From positions 5,334,001 to 5,398,000 of the forward strand of contig CM075998.1 of NCBI GenBank assembly GCA_038087875.1: DNA of 64,000 bases, written 5' to 3'. Below, piece by piece: positions 57,780 through 64,000 of this stretch. The translations under genes and the position numbers were made by a program. Under the pieces are notes generated by a model. The model worked only from the letters and a program-made list of their open reading frames with translations, ran no database searches and was not told where the DNA came from. This stretch comes from Malacoraja senta. Taxonomy: Eukaryota. How positions within the stretch are numbered: position 1 is the first letter of the stretch; each line of letters opens with the position of its first letter.

Positions 57780-58765
57780 TCACGGTGCAGCTTTATAAGG
57801 CTTTGGTTAAGCTGCATTCGGAGTATTGCGTACAGTTCTGGTCGCCCCCATTATTGGAAGGATGTGGATGCTTTGGAAAGGGTACAGGATAATGCCGAGG
57901 TTTGGGGACATTAGCTAAAGGGAGAAATAGGCCAGACTGGGATTGTTTTCTCTGGAGCGTCGGAGGTTGAGGGGAGACCTGACAAAAGCATGTAAAACCA
58001 AGAGAGGCGTAGATAGGGTAGACAGTCAAAATCATTTCTTCAGGGTGGAAATGAGGCCATAGCTTTAAGGTGAGAGGGGGAAAGTTTAAAGGAGATGTGT
58101 GGGCAGGTTTTTTTACACAGAGGGTGGTGGGTGCCTGGAACGCGCTGCCGGGGGCGATGGTGGAGGCAGATACGATAGTGGTGTTTAAGAGACTTTTAGA
58201 TAGGCGCGTGGATATGCAGGGAATGGAGGGATATGGATCACTGCAGGCAGATGAGATTAGTTTAACTTGGCATCATGCTCGGCACGGACAAAAGTTCATT
58301 TTCATATGTGATAGGAGTAGAATTAGGCCATTCGGCCCATTAAATCTTCCCCGCCATTCAATCATGGCTGATCTATCTCTCCCTCTCAACCCCATTCTCC
58401 TGCCTTCTCCCCATAACCCCTGACACCCGTACTAATCAACAACCTATCAATCTCTGCCTTAAAAATATCCACTGACTTGGCCTCCACAGCCGTCTGTGGC
58501 AATGAATTTCATAGATTCACCACCCGCTGACTAAAGAAACTCCTCCTCATCTTTCTAAAGGTACATCCTTTAATTCTGAGTCTGTGCCCTCTGGTCGTAG
58601 ACTCTCCCACTAGTGGAAACATCCTCTCCACATCCACTCTATCCAGGCCTTTCACTATTCTGTGAGTTTCAATGAGGTTCCCCCTCATCCTTCTAAACTC
58701 CAGCGAGTACAGGCCCAGTGCCGTCAAATGCTCATCGTATGTTAACCCACTCATTCCTGGGATCA
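57780..58765. mobile_element. Tail-to-tail CR1 3' fragments (57780-58285 plus, 58310-58765 minus)
   Basis: ORFs 58070-58423 and 58509-58820 carry CR1 C-terminal motifs. Confidence 0.82.
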
Positions 58766-58917
58766 TGGGACATTGTGAGCCGAAGGGCCTGTTCCTGCAC
58801 TGGACTGTTCTATATTCCATGTTTAAACACCGGAGACATGGAATCAGTCTTGGGGTTTCAAGGATATAATTTCACCAAACAATCTGATATTACGGAGCCG
58901 GAATAAATCCAAGATGG

Positions 58918-59230
58918 TGGCACGGTGGCGCAGCGGTGGAGTTGCTGTCTAACAGCACTTACAGCGCCGGAGACCCGGATTCGATCCTGACTACGGGTGC
59001 TGTCTGTACGGAGTTTGTACGCTCTCCCCGTGACCGCGTGGGTTTTCTCCGAGATCTTCGGTTTCCTCCCACACTCCTGAGACGTACAGGTTTGTAGGTT
59101 AATTGGCTTGGTATAAGTGTAAATTGTCCCTAGTGTGTGTAGGATAGTGTTAGTGTGTGGGGATCGCTGGTCGGCATGGACTCGGTGGGCCGAAGGGCCT
59201 GTTTCTCTAAAACTAAAAACTAAAACTAAA
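58918..59230 (+). mobile_element. HE1-like V-SINE
   Basis: A/B boxes, V-domain, (AAAACT)n tail. Confidence 0.9.
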
Positions 59231-60175
59231 AAGAACTAAAAATATGTGTGGCTCAGGGCTTCTTAATATCCTGGTCAATGACACGAACACTGGATGCTAG
59301 TTCAAGAAGGAACTGCAGATGCTGAAAAAATCGAAGGTAGACAAAAATGCTGGAGAAACTCAGCGAGTGAGGCAGCATCTATGGAGCGAAGGAATAGGTG
59401 ACGTTTCGGGTCGAGACCCGAAACAATAAATGCCTCTTGTCTCTTGTCTGAATACCAGTGACCATAGAGAACCACAAATGGTACAGCAGAGAAACAGGCC
59501 CTATCCACGCTAATCCCGCCCACCCGCATTAGCCCACGTGTCCCTCGGCGCCGTTCCTCTCCAAGTACCCGTCCCAGGCACCTTTCAGCGGCGTAATTGT
59601 ATCTGCCTCCTCCGCCTCCCGCGGCAGCTCGTTCCAGATATTCGCCACCCTCCGTGTCAGAAAATGTAACCCTTGTTCTCCCCCGCTCAGCGTCAAGATC
59701 GGCAGTTACGATAACAAGACGCACTGCTTGGCATGATTCATTTTCAGGGACGTTGGAGAAATTAACAAATGTTAAAAACTAGGTGTTTTTCTAACTGAAA
59801 TCAGGTGGTTTCTTCGGTGATGTAGAGCAGCCCTCAATGGACACCTTCAAATGGCCTGGTCTTTTGACCCACCCCTTCAAGTACGTACCTCATTTGTTTT
59901 GGGATTTCCACCGTTAAAGCTCCAATGTTGACCTCACTGTGGAAGTTTACTCGTTGAAACCTGAATATCGAATATCTGCACTTCACAAGGAGAAAGTGAG
60001 ATTTTGTTTAAGAGACTTTTGGTGATAATTTGTTTTAATGTTGGCCAAATTTAGATCACAGTTCTTGAAAATGAGGCAATATGTGTACCATCATTAGTTT
60101 AAAACCGGGTAACAAACACGACCCAGCTTAACGCAGCACAAAACATTCATATATAATTCTGCTTCCTCCTTTTTT

Positions 60176-60480
60176 TAGTTTGGTTTAGAGATAAAGCACG
60201 GAAACAGGCCCTTCGGCCCACCAAGTCCGCACCGACCAGCGATCCCCGCACACTAACACTATCTGACACACACTTGGGACAATTTTACATTTATACCAAG
60301 CCAATTAACCTACAAACCTGTTTGTCTTTGGAGTGTGGGAGGAAACCGGAGCACCCGGAGAAAACTCACGCAGGTCACGGGGAGAACGTGCAAACTCCGT
60401 ACAGACAGCACCCGCAGTCAGGATCGAACCCGGGTCTCTGGCGCTGTGAGGCAGCAACTCTACCGCTGCACCATGGTGCC
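60176..60480 (-). mobile_element. HE1-like V-SINE
   Basis: Full reverse-complement copy. Confidence 0.9.
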
Positions 60481-60639
60481 AGCCTCACTGCAACCGAGAC
60501 CCCTCCCCCTACCGATCCCATCTGCCCACCATCCCTCTCTTATCTGGTTCTTAGTCCTGAGCTACCTCATTGGAACATAATCAAGGACCAGTCTCACCTT
60601 GGCCACCCTCTTTCCCCCCCTCTCCCATCTGGCAAAAAG

Positions 60640-60968
60640 TAGGGCCGCAATTGGAGTCTAGTGTTCAGTTTTGGTCACCCTGCTATTGGAAGGATGTCGT
60701 TAAGCTGGAAAGGGTGCAGAGAAGATTTCAGAGGATGCTGCCAGGACTCGAGGGGCCTGAGATACAGGGAGAGGTTCAGTAGGCTAGCACTTTATTCCTT
60801 AAAAGTTCAAGAGGATGAGGTGTGATCTTATGGAGGTGGATAAGATCATGAGAGGAATAGATCGGGTAGATGCACAGAGTCTTTTACCCAGGATAGGGAA
60901 ATCAAGAACCAGCCGACATGGCTTAATGTGAGAGGGGGAAGATGTATTAAGAATCTGAGGGGAAACTT
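60640..60968 (+). mobile_element. CR1-clade LINE 3' fragment
   Basis: PQLESSVQFWSPCYWKDVVKLERVQRRFQRMLPGL. Confidence 0.82.
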
Positions 60969-62164
60969 AATGGCTGCCTCGCCAACAGTCTGTCTGCCCT
61001 TCCTTCTTTGTGTTTTAATTGTACGTGTTAAATGTATGTTTTTACTGTTTACTTTAGCTTGTTTTATGTGGGGTGTGGGGCGGGGGTTGGGGGAAACTTC
61101 TTCTAATCTCTTACCTTGACGGAGATGTGATTTTCTTTCCGTCCGCACTGCGGCCTAAGATTGTGGAGTTGGCGGCTTCTTGCTGGAGACCGACTTCGGG
61201 AGCTCCAACCACGGGAGCCTGCGGACTTGAACATCACGGAGCTCGCGATCCCTTTGCCAGAGATCGACCTCTGAGCTCCACCGCGGGAGTGTGCGGGACT
61301 TTAATATCGTGGAGGCCGCGGTCTCTGGTCAGAGACTGACTTCGGGAACTGCAGGCTACGGGAGCTTCGGAGTGCGGGAGGAAACCCGGGAAAAAACCTA
61401 CGCGGTCACGGGGAAAACGGACAAACTCCATACAGACAGCACCCGTGGTCACGATCGAACCCAGATCTCTGGCGCTGTGAGGCGGCAACCCTGCCGCCTG
61501 TATACATGTGTGTATGCGTGTGTGCATGCGTGCGAGAGTCTGTTTGAGCCCATGCTTCCGTGTTAGTGTATGTTTCCGCGTGTTTGTCTTTGGAGTGTGG
61601 GAGGAAACCGGAGCACCCGGAGAAAACCCACGCAGGTCACGGGGAGAACGTACAAACTCCCTACAGACAAGCACCCGTAGTTGGAATCTAACCCAGGTCT
61701 CTGGCGCTGTAAGCGCTGTAAGGCAACAACTCCGCCACTGCGCCTGCTTTCGAAACAGATATTTGCCTCAAACCCGTGCGTCCAACTAGGCCGGACCTGG
61801 CAACTCTTGTACTGACTAGACCAGCGCACCAAACGCAAAACGCCCACCCAAAACCGTCTCTTAAAAAAAACATGAAGGAAATAGCACTTATTGGGGGACT
61901 GTTTCTGGACTGTGATCTAATCTCAAGGTTCAGGACAGTCATAAAATCACTGCTAGTTTATGGCTGTGTCTGATCAATGTCATTGCAGCTTTGTAACTCA
62001 TTCTGAGTGAGCCATTATTCAGCTTACTGTTCTACGTCCCCGCCCCCCCATCTCGCAGTCCCACTAAATCCTGGCTGATGGTTCACGTCCCACAGGCCTC
62101 CGATGAGCAGAGCCTCAACTAAGGGGCACCTGAGATGCCACCATACCCACAGTTTATACCTGAA

Positions 62165-62465
62165 GAGGGCTCTGCCCGAGCCGGCTGCCCGCCCCTTTTC
62201 CGCGGTTACGTCCGCGCCCGGGTGGTGTTAGAGAGGGACTACGCGCTGTCCACAGGCACCCTGGGGGATTTCCGGGACCGCTGGGCACCGCGGGGGAGGG
62301 GGGGGGTGTAATGTATCCTGGACAAGGATGGGGAAATAGTGATTTAATGTTCAATATTTAAGAATATTTGCTTTATTTTGTATAATGGTGGTGGGTTTGT
62401 TTGTATTTTTGTACTGTACATATCATTTTTGTAAATAGTTGATTAAAATTATTTTTGGTAAAAAT
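62165..62465 (+). mobile_element. Tx1-clade LINE 3' end
   Basis: Homologous to the reverse complement of 23245-23456 joined to 25106-25203; T-rich 3' UTR and A-rich end. Confidence 0.75.
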
Positions 62466-62595
62466 AAGCAAAACAGCTTATACCTGAAGGACGCCACATG
62501 CCTGCATCCAAACATGCGGAAACATACACTAACACGAACGCACGGGTTCAAACAGACGCTCGCACGCATGCACGCACGCATACAAACATGTATAA

Positions 62596-62903
62596 GGGCA
62601 GCACGGTAGCGCAGCGGTAGAGTTGCTGCCTCACAGCGCCAGAGGCCCGGGTTCCATCCTGACTACGGGTGCTGTCTGTACAGAGTTTGTATGTTCTCCC
62701 TGTGACCTGCGTGGGTTTTCTCCAGGTGCTCCGGTTTCCTCCCACACTCTAAAGACATGCAAGTTTGTAGGTTAATTGGCTTTGGTAAAAATTGTAAATT
62801 GTCCCTAGTGTGTGTAGGATAGTGTGAGTGTGCAGGGATCGCTGGTCAGCCCGGACTCGGTGGGCCGAAGGGCCTGTTTCCACACTGTATCTCTAAAACT
62901 AAA
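62596..62903 (+). mobile_element. HE1-like V-SINE
   Basis: A/B boxes, V-domain, tail. Confidence 0.9.
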
Positions 62904-63616
62904 TAATAATAACTATAGTAATAATATATTGTATAGTATTATACAACAATATTATAGCCTCTAAATGCTAGAGTAACACAGCGGGAGTTACTGTCCCACT
63001 GAGTTACTCCAGCACTTTGTGTCTATATTCAGTTTAAACCAGCATCTGCAGTTCCTTGTGTAGGAAAGAACTGCAAATGCTGGTTTAAATCGAAGGTAGA
63101 TACAAAATGCTGGAGTAACTTAGGCAGCATCTCTGGAGTAGAAGGAATGGGTGACGTTTCGAGTCGAGACCCTTCTTTTAGTGTTAGTGTGCGGTGTCCG
63201 CTTGTCGGCGCGGACTCGGTGAGCTGAAGGCCCTGGTTCCATGTTGTGTTTCTGTACTAAACTAAACTAATCAATAAATTAATATTACTGGTTTGAAAGG
63301 ATTCAACTGCAACAAATATTGATGTTAAGTAAATATTGCGACAACATTATCAGCCAAATTTCTTCAATATAAGACACTGTGGACATGTACAAATCAATGG
63401 CTGGAGAGGGCATTTGTCCAAACTGGCCTAATGTGCAAAGCCCAGGTGCTAGTCTATCCATGTTCTCCATAGATGCTGCCTGACATGCTGAGTTGCTCCA
63501 GCATTTTGTGTCTTGTTTTTTGTAAACCAGCAACTGCAATTCCTTGTTTCTACATTCTGCGTCTGTTCCTCTTCGGTGACCTGTCAGAGCAGAGACACCC
63601 CTGCAACTCAAAGAAA

Positions 63617-63944
63617 GGGCCGCACGGTGGCGCAGCGGTAGAGTTGCTGCCTTACAGCGCTTGCAGCGCCAGAGACCCGGGTTCAATCCCGACTACGGGT
63701 GCTGTCTGTACCAAATTTGCACGTTCTCCCCGTGACCTGCGTGGGTTTTCTCCGAGATCTTTGGTTTCCTCCCACACTCCAATGACGTGCAGGTTAGTAG
63801 ATCAATTGGCTTGGCGTAAATATAAATTGTCCCCAGTGTGTGTAGGATAGTGCTCGTGTGCGGAGATTGCTGGTCGGCGCAGACTCGGTGGGCCGAAGGG
63901 CCTGTTTCCGCGCTGTATCTCCAAACTAAACTAAACTAAACTAA
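63617..63944 (+). mobile_element. HE1-like V-SINE
   Basis: A/B boxes, V-domain, (AAACT)n tail. Confidence 0.9.
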
Positions 63945-64000
63945 AGTCATCGAACACATTGTTTGTGTTTCAAAAGCCTAGTTTTCTGGGCATCACCATT

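Overview
This is eukaryotic, repeat-dominated DNA, very likely from a cartilaginous fish (skate/ray-like). That is an inference from about 30 copies of a tRNA-derived V-domain SINE matching the HE1 family, plus many 3' fragments of its CR1-clade partner LINE. I cannot support any host protein-coding gene: the window looks intronic or intergenic, and nearly all listed ORFs are translations of repeats. Supported elements are two non-autonomous hAT DNA transposons with perfect 8-bp TSDs, Harbinger-like MITEs, a non-autonomous Helitron, a decayed DIRS (tyrosine-recombinase) retrotransposon, a 5'-truncated Vingi-like LINE, Tx1 fragments (one with a 5' inversion), Rex/Babar-like 3' ends, an RTE-derived short element and a Penelope GIY-YIG fragment. 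There are two 200-N assembly gaps. The most unusual signal is a Penelope-derived family: fold-back mini-elements carrying minimal hammerhead-like cores, and five 66-bp tandem arrays, three of which carry the same ~130-bp palindromic cassette near the same end, suggesting that array plus cassette moves as one unit. Other oddities are a CR1 palindrome with ~600-bp arms, a ~100-bp inverted pair 9.4 kb apart, two short local duplications both offset by 994 bp, and a canonical RFX X-box. No CRISPR, tRNA, rRNA or prokaryotic system is present. Family names come from motif recognition, not database searches, and most repeat boundaries are approximate.
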